Source of the DNA: Bacteriovoracaceae bacterium
GTDB lineage: Bacteria > Bdellovibrionota > Bacteriovoracia > Bacteriovoracales > Bacteriovoracaceae
DNA: 64,000 nucleotides
Reading direction: 5' to 3'
Assembly (NCBI GenBank): GCA_048270185.1
Contig: JBLWTJ010000001.1
Location: 224,001 to 288,000, forward strand
Part shown: in pieces, positions 10,023 to 20,545 of the stretch
Layout: each line of letters opens with the position of its first letter
Numbering within the stretch: the stretch's first letter is position 1
The notes under the pieces: generated by a model
The model's input: the letters and a program-made list of their open reading frames with translations, nothing else
Told to the model about the DNA's origin: nothing
Database searches by the model: none
Translations under genes and position numbers: made by a program

Positions 10023-13000
10023 AATGATTTGCTTCTTTTAGAGCTTTGGTTAGTAGATCTTTAAAATAGGCCATATTCTGTTCAGAACGATTCTTATACT
10101 TCTTCTTTGTACTTGGTATGCTCTCAAGGTTAATACCCGCAATGGCCGGTGCCATAATTTGCTTGATCATAAATTCCCGTGCTTTTTTACCATTCTTGGT
10201 CTGAGTGATTTTCTCCCATTTAAAATCTTTCTTATCAATAATATCAAAGAGATCACCCATATTGATGGTAAACTCCCTAAAGAAACCTTTAAAGCCTCTT
10301 GAGCGGTTTCGCATTTTTGTCAGTTCTGTTTGCACAAGAGCGTAGGCCAATTGATCACCAAATGAGTCATCTCCTGTGTCGCTTGTTAGCATTTCCGATA
10401 AGAGGGCACGAAGCTGTAAATCCTCTGCGACATTTTCCATGTCACCTTCATCAACCTTCTTAAAAATATAGGCCTGTAGTTTCTTTCCGGCAGGGGTTTT
10501 AAGAAGTTTTGACAGCATGGCATTATTTGTAATCTTATCAACCTGTTTGAAAACTAAATTATCCTTTCCATTATAGTCTTTTAATTCTTGTTTAAATGTT
10601 TGATTGAGATTCATTCCAAGTTGCGATGCTACAAGGTTTCTTGCAATATCACTACTCATGAAAAATTTAATATTCTCACTTGTTTGAGCATCTGGATTAT
10701 TCTTTTTAAACTCTTTAAATGCGATGGCAGCACTATTAATGTCTTTTGAGCACACGCTTGCATTATTTGTACAAGAGTAGCTCATGGTTTCACCAACAAG
10801 CTCTAGTGTTGATAAAAGTTCAGCATTAGGCATCCCTTTAGCATTAGGATCTTTAAAATTATCTGATTTCTTTGTACTTGGAATTGTCAGAAGTAGATCC
10901 ATGACGTCACTTAATTCATTAGGAGAGTTCTTTCCATAGACTTTTACGAAACGATTCTTAAGCTCTGATTTTATATTGACTTCAAGGGCCTCTATACACT
11001 TTGTCATATTTTCATTTGTTTCATTTAATGTTTCAAATTTTTGATCCATACACTGCTCAAAAGTATAATACGATCTCGTTTCTAAGAATGGAGTCTGAAT
11101 GCCATCTTTGTTTGCGAATTTATTAAGATCTTTTATAAGGCTTGAAGCAATGGTCTTAGCAATAGGAGAGATCTGATCTTTTAGGCAAGTTTGCGCATTA
11201 TCCTGCGCATGGACATCATTTTCAATACTATCTAAGCATTTACTGACAAGATGAAGGGCCGAGTGACTAAGGGCCTCTGCCTTCTCTTTTTCTCCAGGGA
11301 ATAGACCGATAATTGTCTCTAAAACAATCTTTGGTGCAAGGTTCTTATAAGCATCTTTAACTGCAACTGACATGCAGACTTTTGTTTCATCACTTGCTTT
11401 AACCTCGCTATCAGCATCTTTTCTTGCGAGAATATCGTTAATACAACTTTGAATTTGTTGGTTGATTGTATTTGAATAATGGTCGAACTCTTCTTTTGTT
11501 AATTTATTCTTAAAATCATAAAGTGTTGTTTCAATTGCAATTGGAGCAATATCTTTTACGAGTATTGGTGTTAGCGTATCTATCTTGAAATCAATATTTT
11601 CTTTCGTCGAATTTTGAATATGACTATTGATAAGATTACTTAGACTTGATTTTTGAGAATCACTTAATTTGTAATCTTTTGTCTGATCATATGCTGTCTC
11701 TAGGGCGATGACATTAACGACATCCTTTTGAGTAATAAACGTACAATTTTGTATTTCCTTATTTAGATTATCTTGAAATGACTGCATACTCTCATATTTG
11801 CTTAAACTTTCATTTAAGCACTCTTTCATGACTCCTTTAAAAGTGGAAAGTCGCTTTTGTGTCATCGTCTTATCCACAATCTCTTTTTCAAGGCCTTTTT
11901 CAAGTGCTGCTTTCTCAATGCTCTTAGGTAATATTTTTGAAGAGAGTGAAATAATCGCCTGCTTCAGGCAATTATTAACTTCTTTCTCATTTGGTTCTTC
12001 TTTAAGGTTACGATAGAATTTATCTTTTGCTTGCTTCGCACAATGATCATAATCTGTAAGAATTTCTTTTTTGAATTTCTCGCTTTCTTGTTCTGATAGA
12101 TCAAGTGCAATAAATTGTTTATCAAATTCAATTTCAAGAATAGAGCTTGCTGCAGTTAAAGTCGCAATGGCCGTTACAAATTTTGCACATTTATTTCCAT
12201 CATTTGTGTTTTTTGCCTTAAGACATGCAGGTAGATGTACTTCTTTAATTTCATTAACTAGCTTATCTCTTTTTATTAGCGTTAGCGCACTACTGATTGT
12301 TGGATTTGTTGTGATAGCCAGTTCAACGACATCAAAAGTTGCATTCTTAGTCAGACTTGCTACACACTCTGAAATTGTTTGCGCAAATAACTCAGTATCC
12401 ATTTTTGCAAGCGCTAGGTATTCACCATCTGTATGCTTACTCTTGTTGATGACAGGGGAGAAACGGCAGTCATTTGATCGATCTAAGATTGATGTAACAA
12501 GTTTGCTATTATCATCTTTACCTGTATAGCCTTTAATAACATCATTAATTCTCTTCTTTCTTGTTTCTTGATAACTTAAAAGGATACCCTTATAAACACA
12601 TCCTTTAACAATCCCTGTTGTATCCAGGACTTTTTTAAATTTTCCAAGATTATTATCAATACACTTCATGTAAGTATGAGTTGAATGATTTGTTAAAAGA
12701 GAGATACCATCTTCTTGTGAGAAGTTCTTTGCTACTTGTCGCTTAAGTTCCTCTTCTCCAATTCCTATTGCAATATTATTCGTAAATATGGCCGCACACT
12801 CTTTAACCTGTGACGAGTTTACTGAGCGCTGAATACATGCTTTAAAATCTTTCTTATAACCATTGATGAAAGCTATCTTCTCTTGATCTTTATCACCAAA
12901 TGTACCCATCTCATCAAGGATTTTATTAACAATTGTTTCGGCATAGGCAATTGTTAACTCTTTGATTTTCTCAAGATTTCCAAGATCTTTTTTATTAACT

Positions 13001-14022
13001 TCATTAAAAATCTCAACAATTTTGTCATCAGAGAGATTATCTGCAATTGATTTAGTTTTTCTAAATTGACCTAACAAGAAATCTTCTTCATCAAGTGGGT
13101 TTATCGATTCAATGAAGCGTGCCACACTAATAGCACTCTTTTCTAAAACACCAGTTGCTGAATCACCGAAACCAGCTTCTTCAACTTGATCATAGCTTAT
13201 GCGCTCAATAATTCGTCCACGACGGCACTCTTTTTCAATATCTTTGAAGTCTTGAGCTAATTTCTCTCTTTCCTCTTTTAATTTCTGATCCTGGTAAACC
13301 TTAAGAATCTCTTCTAATTTGTCATTTAATTCTTTAACGGGTTTAATCAAATTGCTTACACAGTTAAGAGCATCTTCGCATACTGTTTGAATTGTCTCAT
13401 CAGCATAGTTACTATCATCAAAATCAACATTAAAATTTGAGTTTAATTGATATTTTTCTTTAAGATCGCTAATTGGAATAAATTCTTGTTTATTTGAAAC
13501 TACACCCATTAGGACTCTTCGGTCACTATTTCCATCATGACAGAAAACAGGTGCCGCACTAAGTGCGTTTTTTGATTTAGGTTTAGAAGTTCTAATCCTT
13601 GCGATATCAATGGTCAATTTATCAGAGCGAATAGGGTAGTCCTTATCGTGGCCCTTAACATAACAATTTCTAGTGTCTTCATCGGAGTAATGCTTTGTTG
13701 GGAAATACGGAAGTCGATTTCCAATATTGATGATTTCATGATTTGAATTTCTAGAAAAATCTCTCTTTATTGAAATATTAAAGATGCCATCTCCACAATT
13801 TAGGCTCAATCTTTTTTGACGACTTTGTCTACCATTGCCAAGGTAGCGACAAGATCTTTCCATTAAAATATTTGATTGATCAATGATAGTTGCTTGGCAT
13901 ATGGCCTTAGGATTAGCTGAATTTAAACTTAGATTGACGGTACAAGAAGATAATTCGTTACTTGCGTAACTAGCAAATTGCACTAGTGAATATAGTAAAA
14001 ATAATGTTAAGCCTCGCTTCAT
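10021..14022 (-). CDS. Large secreted Cys-rich helical-repeat protein with degenerate N-terminal trypsin-like domain
   Basis: Signal peptide; CQATIID..ILMERSC, DIARI, SAAPVFC..LMGVVS; at least 8 Cys-x(12-25)-Cys helical units. Confidence 0.7.
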   Translation of the reverse strand: MKRGLTLFLLYSLVQFASYASNELSSCTVNLSLNSANPKAICQATIIDQSNILMERSCRYLGNGRQSRQKRLSLNCGDGIFNISIKRDFSRNSNHEIINIGNRLPYFPTKHYSDEDTRNCYVKGHDKDYPIRSDKLTIDIARIRTSKPKSKNALSAAPVFCHDGNSDRRVLMGVVSNKQEFIPISDLKEKYQLNSNFNVDFDDSNYADETIQTVCEDALNCVSNLIKPVKELNDKLEEILKVYQDQKLKEEREKLAQDFKDIEKECRRGRIIERISYDQVEEAGFGDSATGVLEKSAISVARFIESINPLDEEDFLLGQFRKTKSIADNLSDDKIVEIFNEVNKKDLGNLEKIKELTIAYAETIVNKILDEMGTFGDKDQEKIAFINGYKKDFKACIQRSVNSSQVKECAAIFTNNIAIGIGEEELKRQVAKNFSQEDGISLLTNHSTHTYMKCIDNNLGKFKKVLDTTGIVKGCVYKGILLSYQETRKKRINDVIKGYTGKDDNSKLVTSILDRSNDCRFSPVINKSKHTDGEYLALAKMDTELFAQTISECVASLTKNATFDVVELAITTNPTISSALTLIKRDKLVNEIKEVHLPACLKAKNTNDGNKCAKFVTAIATLTAASSILEIEFDKQFIALDLSEQESEKFKKEILTDYDHCAKQAKDKFYRNLKEEPNEKEVNNCLKQAIISLSSKILPKSIEKAALEKGLEKEIVDKTMTQKRLSTFKGVMKECLNESLSKYESMQSFQDNLNKEIQNCTFITQKDVVNVIALETAYDQTKDYKLSDSQKSSLSNLINSHIQNSTKENIDFKIDTLTPILVKDIAPIAIETTLYDFKNKLTKEEFDHYSNTINQQIQSCINDILARKDADSEVKASDETKVCMSVAVKDAYKNLAPKIVLETIIGLFPGEKEKAEALSHSALHLVSKCLDSIENDVHAQDNAQTCLKDQISPIAKTIASSLIKDLNKFANKDGIQTPFLETRSYYTFEQCMDQKFETLNETNENMTKCIEALEVNIKSELKNRFVKVYGKNSPNELSDVMDLLLTIPSTKKSDNFKDPNAKGMPNAELLSTLELVGETMSYSCTNNASVCSKDINSAAIAFKEFKKNNPDAQTSENIKFFMSSDIARNLVASQLGMNLNQTFKQELKDYNGKDNLVFKQVDKITNNAMLSKLLKTPAGKKLQAYIFKKVDEGDMENVAEDLQLRALLSEMLTSDTGDDSFGDQLAYALVQTELTKMRNRSRGFKGFFREFTINMGDLFDIIDKKDFKWEKITQTKNGKKAREFMIKQIMAPAIAGINLESIPSTKKKYKNRSEQNMAYFKDLLTKALKEANH

Positions 14023-14032
14023 CTCAATTAAC

Positions 14033-14060
14033 TTTTCGGTGAGTTTAGCTTAATACTTGA
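14033..14060 (-). promoter_or_regulatory. Candidate sigma28 (FliA) promoter
   Basis: Minus strand TCAAG-N15-ACCGAAAA, 10 nt upstream of the 1333-aa gene start. Confidence 0.55.
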
Positions 14061-14077
14061 GTGTTATATTTGGTTTA

Positions 14078-14851
14078 TTAGAATAAATTAGGGCCACTTA
14101 TGGAGTCTAAGTAGCTGATTATTCCTGCTGCCGAGTATTTTGCGTAGAGATGGTGAAACCAATCGTTTAAAACGAGGTCCGCTTCGTGGGAATTTGTGAG
14201 AAATCCAGCTTCCAGTAAGATTGATGGCCTTTTTGAAAGGGCCAAGACATAGAAGAGACCTGGCTTTAATCCACGATCCTTCATCTTATAATTCTTAGTT
14301 AATAATTTACTTATTTGTGTGTGAACCTTTTCTCCAAGTTTTTTTGATTCTGGGGCCACTCTTTCGACAACTAAGTCAGTTAGAATATTATTGATGATGA
14401 CTTGCTTTCCTTCAATATCACGGTTTTCTACGGCTTCAATTTTTGCCACGGCCGCATCTTGGTGATTATCCAGAAAGTATGTCTCAAAACCATTTGAGCT
14501 CTTATCTGTGGCCGCATTTAAGTGGATTGAAATGAAAATATCGGCCTTAATACTATCGGCCATATCTGCTCTTTTTTGTAAAGAAACTGTCGTATCAATT
14601 GTTCTTGTCAGATAAGCACGATGGCGCTTTGTACTATTTATGAATTTTTTTAATTTAAGGGCTATTTTTAGAGCAACGTCTTTTTCACAGACGATACTTA
14701 GTTTTTTCTTCTTTGTTTTCTTGTTCTTTTGCCAGACCTTTGCTTTTGCACCACAGTCCTCGCCACCATGGCCTGGGTCGATCAAAACTGTTGCAGCTAA
14801 GGCTTGGCAGCTAATAATGATACTCAATAGTAATAGGAATCTTTTAATCAT
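14078..14851 (-). CDS. N-acetylmuramoyl-L-alanine amidase (Amidase_3)
   Basis: IDPGHGG, EKDVAL, FISIHLNA, ILLEAGF; signal peptide. Confidence 0.95.
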   Translation of the reverse strand: MIKRFLLLLSIIISCQALAATVLIDPGHGGEDCGAKAKVWQKNKKTKKKKLSIVCEKDVALKIALKLKKFINSTKRHRAYLTRTIDTTVSLQKRADMADSIKADIFISIHLNAATDKSSNGFETYFLDNHQDAAVAKIEAVENRDIEGKQVIINNILTDLVVERVAPESKKLGEKVHTQISKLLTKNYKMKDRGLKPGLFYVLALSKRPSILLEAGFLTNSHEADLVLNDWFHHLYAKYSAAGIISYLDSISGPNLF

Positions 14852-14859
14852 GTTCTACT

Positions 14860-14888
14860 ATTATAGGGAGAATGACCTATGGGCGCAA
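14860..14888 (-). promoter_or_regulatory. sigma70 promoter of the amidase gene (probably leaderless)
   Basis: Minus strand TTGCGC-N17-TATAAT, 8 nt before ATG, no SD. Confidence 0.6.
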
Positions 14889-15803
14889 ATGGATTTTATA
14901 AAGCCTATGTATCTTTGCATCATGAAAGTCTTGGGGGATACTCCAACGAGTCATATCTCTTATTTCAAACTCTTCTTGTAACCCTTCGTCGAGTTTAAAT
15001 GAACGTAAGTTATTTGAGAAGTAAAGCACTCCTTTAGGCTTTAAGAGTCCTGTGCATAACTTCACAAGTTCAATATGATCTCTTTGAACATCAAAGAGTT
15101 TTTCCATTTTCTTCGATTTAGACATAGTTGGTGGATCGAGAATGATCGTATCAAAGCGTTCATCATCTCTTTGCTTTTCCATAAGATACTTCATGGCATC
15201 TTCACGAATAAATTGGTGTTCATCCTTGTTAAGTTCATTTAACGCGAAATTCTCTTGTGCCCACATAATATAGGTATTTGACATATCAACGCTTGTCACT
15301 TTCGCTCCGGCAAAGGCGCTGGCAACCGACAGACTTCCTGTGTAACAAAAAAGGTTTAAGACATTCGTACCTTTGAAGTCTTCGCTAGCAAGCTTCTGCC
15401 TCAATGGCCTGTGATCAAGAAAGAGTCCTGTGTCGATATATTTGTTCAATAGTAGCTTGAATTTAAGTGGGCCTTCTTGAGAAATGAATTTAACTTCATC
15501 CTTTTCTTTTTGATACTGAAATTCGGAATCTTGAACTTTTCTTTCTTTAATAAAGATATTGTCTTGCTCGATTGAGCAAATCTCTTTAATAGCATCAATT
15601 AATAGGGGAAGATGATTCTTCTCTTCATCAATATGATCGATGCTTCTCTTATAGATAATACAGTAAGGTCCATGAAGGTCGACGATGAATGGAAAATCTG
15701 GAATGTCACGATCATAGAGGCGATAAGAATCAATACCAGCTTTTGTCGTCCATTTTTTCTTATGTCGATATAATTTTTTTATTCTACCTGCGATTGCGCT
15801 CAT
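14877..15803 (-). CDS. Stand-alone RlmK-like 23S rRNA SAM-dependent methyltransferase
   Basis: YRLYDRDIP, DTGLFLDHR, LNLFCYTG, VDMSNTY, ILDPPT as in the C-terminal half of RlmKL. Confidence 0.85.
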   Translation of the reverse strand: MSAIAGRIKKLYRHKKKWTTKAGIDSYRLYDRDIPDFPFIVDLHGPYCIIYKRSIDHIDEEKNHLPLLIDAIKEICSIEQDNIFIKERKVQDSEFQYQKEKDEVKFISQEGPLKFKLLLNKYIDTGLFLDHRPLRQKLASEDFKGTNVLNLFCYTGSLSVASAFAGAKVTSVDMSNTYIMWAQENFALNELNKDEHQFIREDAMKYLMEKQRDDERFDTIILDPPTMSKSKKMEKLFDVQRDHIELVKLCTGLLKPKGVLYFSNNLRSFKLDEGLQEEFEIRDMTRWSIPQDFHDAKIHRLYKIHLRP

Positions 15804-15977
15804 TTACTTCCTGAAATTTATTATTTGATTAAAGTTAAGTATCTACTTTTACGATGATTATGCTTTAAATTTCTTGAAATGCAAGTACTTGACTAAAGTT
15901 CGCGGTTAAAATGCCCGTAAAGAGATACGTTAAATTAAAAACTTAGCTTTAAATTGGTTAAGTGAGGAGAGTTATTA

Positions 15978-16910
15978 ATGAAGTTGATTGGTAGAGGCCT
16001 TACGGCCCTTTTCTTATGTGTCTTCTTAGCACATTCAGTAAGCGCCAGTGTTTTCTCTTTTGGAGAATTGTTATTAAGGCCAGTATTGATTAAGTCAAAG
16101 GTTATTAAAGAGGGGATCTCAGGGGCTTCAATTACAAGCTTAAAGAATTCAATTGAATATAGTGTTCGAACAATTGCGCAAGATCATTCTTCATTAAAAG
16201 AAGGTCTAGAAACAATTCTTTCAAAAGCTTCGAGAGAAGATAAAGACAAAGTTCAAAGAATCATTTCATCACTAGATGCACCAACAGATTCGATAAGCGG
16301 TGAGCGTTTTAAGGCCATCGCAAATGATCTTGCTTATCTTGCAAGTGCATATGGGACACATGCAGATGATATTTTAAGCTGTTCGATCTGTAAGACAGAT
16401 CAACTTGCTTCTCTTGGATATAAGTCAAAGATTGTTAAAGTATCTGATCCTAGTTTAAAGAGAATGATGGTTAGACTTCCAAAGGACCAAGATGCACTTA
16501 ATCGTTATATTGGTCAAAAGTCTAGATCTCTAAAAGTAAAAGATGTTACACGCTACCTTGATAAAGCAGACCGTAAAACACTTGCCTTATTTCTAAGTTT
16601 CAACAATAGAGGAGCGAAGAAAGAGTACGCTGAATTTTATCAAGCAGTAGCTAAGTATAGTTCTGATTCAAATGGTAGGGCGCTATTTGCAGGCCCTGGT
16701 TCTTCGAATCATTTATGGAAAGTTATCGATGGAAAGTTCTCTCCTGAAAAAGCTCAGAAATTAGCAACAGCTATTAATGAAGCTTCACGTGTTCCAGCAT
16801 CAAAGAGAGAAGATGCATTCTTTGATCAGCTTTATAAAGTGAGTGACAAAACTCCTGAGACTAAAGCTAAGATTGAAGAATTAAAAAAGAAGAAATGTCT
16901 GTTTAAATAA
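15978..16910 (+). CDS. Exported hypothetical protein
   Basis: GAGGAG SD, signal peptide (..SVSA), CSIC motif and a terminal Cys. Confidence 0.75.
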   Translation: MKLIGRGLTALFLCVFLAHSVSASVFSFGELLLRPVLIKSKVIKEGISGASITSLKNSIEYSVRTIAQDHSSLKEGLETILSKASREDKDKVQRIISSLDAPTDSISGERFKAIANDLAYLASAYGTHADDILSCSICKTDQLASLGYKSKIVKVSDPSLKRMMVRLPKDQDALNRYIGQKSRSLKVKDVTRYLDKADRKTLALFLSFNNRGAKKEYAEFYQAVAKYSSDSNGRALFAGPGSSNHLWKVIDGKFSPEKAQKLATAINEASRVPASKREDAFFDQLYKVSDKTPETKAKIEELKKKKCLFK

Positions 16911-16965
16911 TTTTAGAGCAGGATAAAGAATCAAAGAATAACTTTATGTAATAAAGGCTATATAT

Positions 16966-19900
16966 ATGGAAAACAAAAATAAAAGATTTAAAGATTATTA
17001 CTTGCCAGTTCTTGGTACTGTAGCAATCGGGACTGCTGCGGTTTTTGGAATCTCGCATCTTAAGAGTTATGACTTTCGTAACCCTTCATCGAATGGCGAT
17101 GGAGATTATAAAACTGCATATGAAGCTTGGGCCGACCTTCAATACTCTGGTTCTAGTTATAATGCAAAAGCGATCCTAGTGGGTGGAGAAGCATTACCTG
17201 GAATGACTGGTGGTCTTACATTCGGTGCAGAAAAAGAAGCATCATCAAGTCTTATCACACGTGTTATGTCTCCTTCTAATCAACTTATTAAAAAGAAGAT
17301 TGCAGCATTGTCACAAGAAGATCAAGAAAAGTTTTATCGAGATTTTCTTGAAAATTATGCAAAGGATGCCAATGGATATCGTACGTATCGTAATAAAGAA
17401 GGTTTAAAAGTTGATCTTGCACGCGATGTTGTTGATATTGACGGCAATCCAAAAGTTATCAATCTAGAAGAGCTTAAAGCGACAAATATTGCTGAGGCTG
17501 ACTACGATAAATTAAAGTTAGTATTTGAAAACCTAATTGATCAAATGGAAGACAGGGCAATGACTTTCATAAAGCCTCGTGTTCGTATGAAGTTCTTCGA
17601 TGGTTCACTACCTGGTTTAACTAAGAAATTCTTAGCATATCGATATGACTACAGTGATTGGAAGCCTAACTTTGGTAAGGCCGAAAGATTCCTCGTGGAC
17701 GCCCATGGACACAATGGTGGTGGCGGAGGTTGGGAAATCAACTTTAAGGCACAAAATACATATGGAGAGTTTGAGGAGCTTGTTGCATGGTTTAGAGATG
17801 AATTATCACAAGTCATTAAAGATCCTAAAACTCTTGAAAATAAAGTTAAGCTCTTTCAGGCTCCTGGGCACCAGCGAATGGTATTTGTTAAGCATCCTGA
17901 GCTTGATGAAAGTAAACTCTCAGAGTTCTATCGTACGATTCAATCATATATTGTTCTAAATGGTATTAATGGTGACTCAGGAATTGAGTTTGCGAATTAT
18001 AAGCAAGTACAACCTGAATCGGCGTTGAAAGATCTATATAGTGGGGGACGAGGGGTAATCAGGCCAGATGGAAAGTTTAAGCCTTGGATTGCCAACACAG
18101 GTGGACTTGGAATCGAGTTTAGAGCAGGGACAAAGAACTTAGCTCCTGCTAGATATTATCAAACAACTCTTGGTGCACGCATCGCTGCTAATGACTTTAG
18201 CGGAATTGCTAGTATCGACGATTATAATCTAAATAGTGCTAGCTTTCAGTCGAAGGAAAGTATTGTTGCTCGATTCGGCATTGAAGATGAAGTGGCCGAC
18301 AAGGCACTCAAGGTTCTTGATAAGGCCGGCATTAAACCTGGCTACCGTGTACAGTACTGGGGATGGACCGAAGAAGGTGTTGCTTTTATTGGTGATACAA
18401 AGAGAAAGCTTGTAAAAGATCTAGTAAGGCAATTTACTGAACAAGTTGCGGCCCTTGATATTGAACAGGACCAAGCAGTGCTTAAGCAACAAGTTCGTAA
18501 GATGAATAAGTCTTGGGTTTCAGCATCAAAGCTAATTGATGATCTTGAAAATTATATGAGACCTAAAATGGTTGATTATGATGCATTAACGATGGACTTC
18601 AAGGCCAATGTGGATGCTCCACATCGAATTAATAATCCAGTCGATGTTAATAAGATCGACCTAGGGATTGAGTATTCTGGTAAGTTCCCACTGAGACTTA
18701 AGTCCATAACATCACAAGAGCGAATGGAAGATGGGAAACGTGCATGGGTACAAACTACGGTTGACCTCTCAAGTGAGGATCGTGAAGCGATTATTAAAAA
18801 AGTAGCTCAAGATCTCTTTGAAGAAATTGGTGGCGAAAATGGCGAGGCTCCAGTTAAGCTCGATGTTGACGGCCACGGGCACGGACTTGATGTTGCCTAT
18901 TCTATTCGTGATGATAAGGGCCGTAAGTGGCAAGTCGAGTGGGATGGTATTGGCCGCTCTTATTCGCCGTCTGGTGAAATCATTGGTGAGTCTCCACGTG
19001 GTGGGACAATTGAGCTTATTACGCCTAAGTTTACGCCAACAATTGATGAAGTAGCTTCAGTTTATAAGGCTTTTGAAAAAAATAATGTTCTACCATCGCT
19101 AATGGCCGGTGGTGGTCACGTTAATATTGACCTTGCGGCCTTTGATGGAAAGCCAAAACAACTTGCTCGCTTCTTATCAATCTTTCATGAGCACCGTGGG
19201 ATCATTTCTCTCATGTTCCAACATATTAATCGTTCTCACACGTCTGAGCCTGTTGAAGTAAGTGATACTTTAAGAAATGCACTTAAGAACTTTAACGGAA
19301 GCGAAGAAGAGCTTAAAAAACTTCTCTACAATGAAAGGTATTTTAATACTCGTTTTGGACGTAAGACTCGTTATATTCAATTAGATGTTTCTGCTTATTT
19401 TCAAGATGTTATCCCTGAGCAATTTGTAACAGATGACTTTGATATTTCTAACCCAACAGTTGACTGGCGCCGTACTTTCCGAGTTGATCCAAAGATTAGA
19501 AAGGCCGAGTTTAGAATGTTTAATGCTCCAAGAGATGCCGCAGAGTCTGCTCTACAGATTAAACTAGTACGTGCAATGCTTGATAAAGCACTCAATAGCA
19601 CTGAAGAATTAAGTGGTAAGGTTGATTACACAAGTCATGTTGACTATGTTAAGAAACCTGCTTCTGTTGAAGCTGATCTCAAGAAACTTTGTGATGACTT
19701 AGGCCTTGATATTAATCAATATCGTACATCAGCAATGGAAGGACTATCTATTTCAGAACTTGAAAGTAAGAAGTTATTCTTTAGAAGTCTTGATGAAAAA
19801 ATGGCAATTCACCCACACCAGCCAGGTTGGGGGAATGCAGTTAATGCAAGAAGCAGCGAAGATGCTCTTAATTCAACTGGACGCCAATGGGTTCATGGTG

Positions 19901-20055
19901 CAGCTGATGAAACAAATACAATGGATAATGCTCACCGTGTTCGTGCGGCCCTTGCTGCACAAGAGATGCGTGAAAATACAATTCCTGCGCGAGAAATGCC
20001 GGGAGAATTTATTAGAACAAATAGTTGCCAGGAATTAATTAACGAAATTCTATAA
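16966..20055 (+). CDS. Membrane-anchored protein with two tandem COOH-NH2 ligase (Amidoligase_2-like) domains
   Basis: C-half LGIEY, WQVEWDG, IELITP, GGGHVNID, RYIQLD, AEFRMFN; N-half TFGAE, WEINF, PGHQRM, GIEFR; N-terminal TM. Confidence 0.7.
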   Translation: MENKNKRFKDYYLPVLGTVAIGTAAVFGISHLKSYDFRNPSSNGDGDYKTAYEAWADLQYSGSSYNAKAILVGGEALPGMTGGLTFGAEKEASSSLITRVMSPSNQLIKKKIAALSQEDQEKFYRDFLENYAKDANGYRTYRNKEGLKVDLARDVVDIDGNPKVINLEELKATNIAEADYDKLKLVFENLIDQMEDRAMTFIKPRVRMKFFDGSLPGLTKKFLAYRYDYSDWKPNFGKAERFLVDAHGHNGGGGGWEINFKAQNTYGEFEELVAWFRDELSQVIKDPKTLENKVKLFQAPGHQRMVFVKHPELDESKLSEFYRTIQSYIVLNGINGDSGIEFANYKQVQPESALKDLYSGGRGVIRPDGKFKPWIANTGGLGIEFRAGTKNLAPARYYQTTLGARIAANDFSGIASIDDYNLNSASFQSKESIVARFGIEDEVADKALKVLDKAGIKPGYRVQYWGWTEEGVAFIGDTKRKLVKDLVRQFTEQVAALDIEQDQAVLKQQVRKMNKSWVSASKLIDDLENYMRPKMVDYDALTMDFKANVDAPHRINNPVDVNKIDLGIEYSGKFPLRLKSITSQERMEDGKRAWVQTTVDLSSEDREAIIKKVAQDLFEEIGGENGEAPVKLDVDGHGHGLDVAYSIRDDKGRKWQVEWDGIGRSYSPSGEIIGESPRGGTIELITPKFTPTIDEVASVYKAFEKNNVLPSLMAGGGHVNIDLAAFDGKPKQLARFLSIFHEHRGIISLMFQHINRSHTSEPVEVSDTLRNALKNFNGSEEELKKLLYNERYFNTRFGRKTRYIQLDVSAYFQDVIPEQFVTDDFDISNPTVDWRRTFRVDPKIRKAEFRMFNAPRDAAESALQIKLVRAMLDKALNSTEELSGKVDYTSHVDYVKKPASVEADLKKLCDDLGLDINQYRTSAMEGLSISELESKKLFFRSLDEKMAIHPHQPGWGNAVNARSSEDALNSTGRQWVHGAADETNTMDNAHRVRAALAAQEMRENTIPAREMPGEFIRTNSCQELINEIL

Positions 20056-20058
20056 ATT

Positions 20059-20090
20059 AAAAGGGGCCCTACTTATTGGGCCCCTTTTTT
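20059..20090. terminator. Bidirectional intrinsic terminator
   Basis: AAAAGGGGCCC-TACTTATT-GGGCCCCTTTTTT. Confidence 0.9.
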
Positions 20091-20442
20091 ATGCTTGTAA
20101 ATCTTGAATATAATCCATGAAAACTTTATGCCTTATTGGCTTATAAAGTATATCGTGCCCACCCATTCTTTTTACCTCATCCAGAGATACCTCTTGGTGT
20201 GCAGTAACAAAGACAAATTTTTTGAAGTCGAGACCCTCATTAATTAGGTTTTTTAAAAATTCAATTCCATTCATCTTTGGCATACGAATATCTGAGAAAA
20301 TATAGTCAAATTGACTATGTTTTACTTTTTCTAAAGCTTCTTCACCGTTATAAGCTACCTCATAGTCTAAACCGATACGGTCAAACATGTATTGGTAGAG
20401 CTCAACTAATTCAACTTCGTCTTCAACAAATAAAAATCTCAA
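20089..20442 (-). CDS. Single-domain CheY-like response regulator
   Basis: FVEDE, SDIRMPKMNG, VTA, KP motifs; TTG start. Confidence 0.93.
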   Translation of the reverse strand: MRFLFVEDEVELVELYQYMFDRIGLDYEVAYNGEEALEKVKHSQFDYIFSDIRMPKMNGIEFLKNLINEGLDFKKFVFVTAHQEVSLDEVKRMGGHDILYKPIRHKVFMDYIQDLQA

Positions 20443-20545
20443 ATTGCGTATCCTGTTGTGTATGTAGCGTCTGCAACTGAGTTATCATAGATAATTTTTA
20501 TGTAATTATCAAGTAATTTAGTTTGATGATGTAAACAATTTATAA

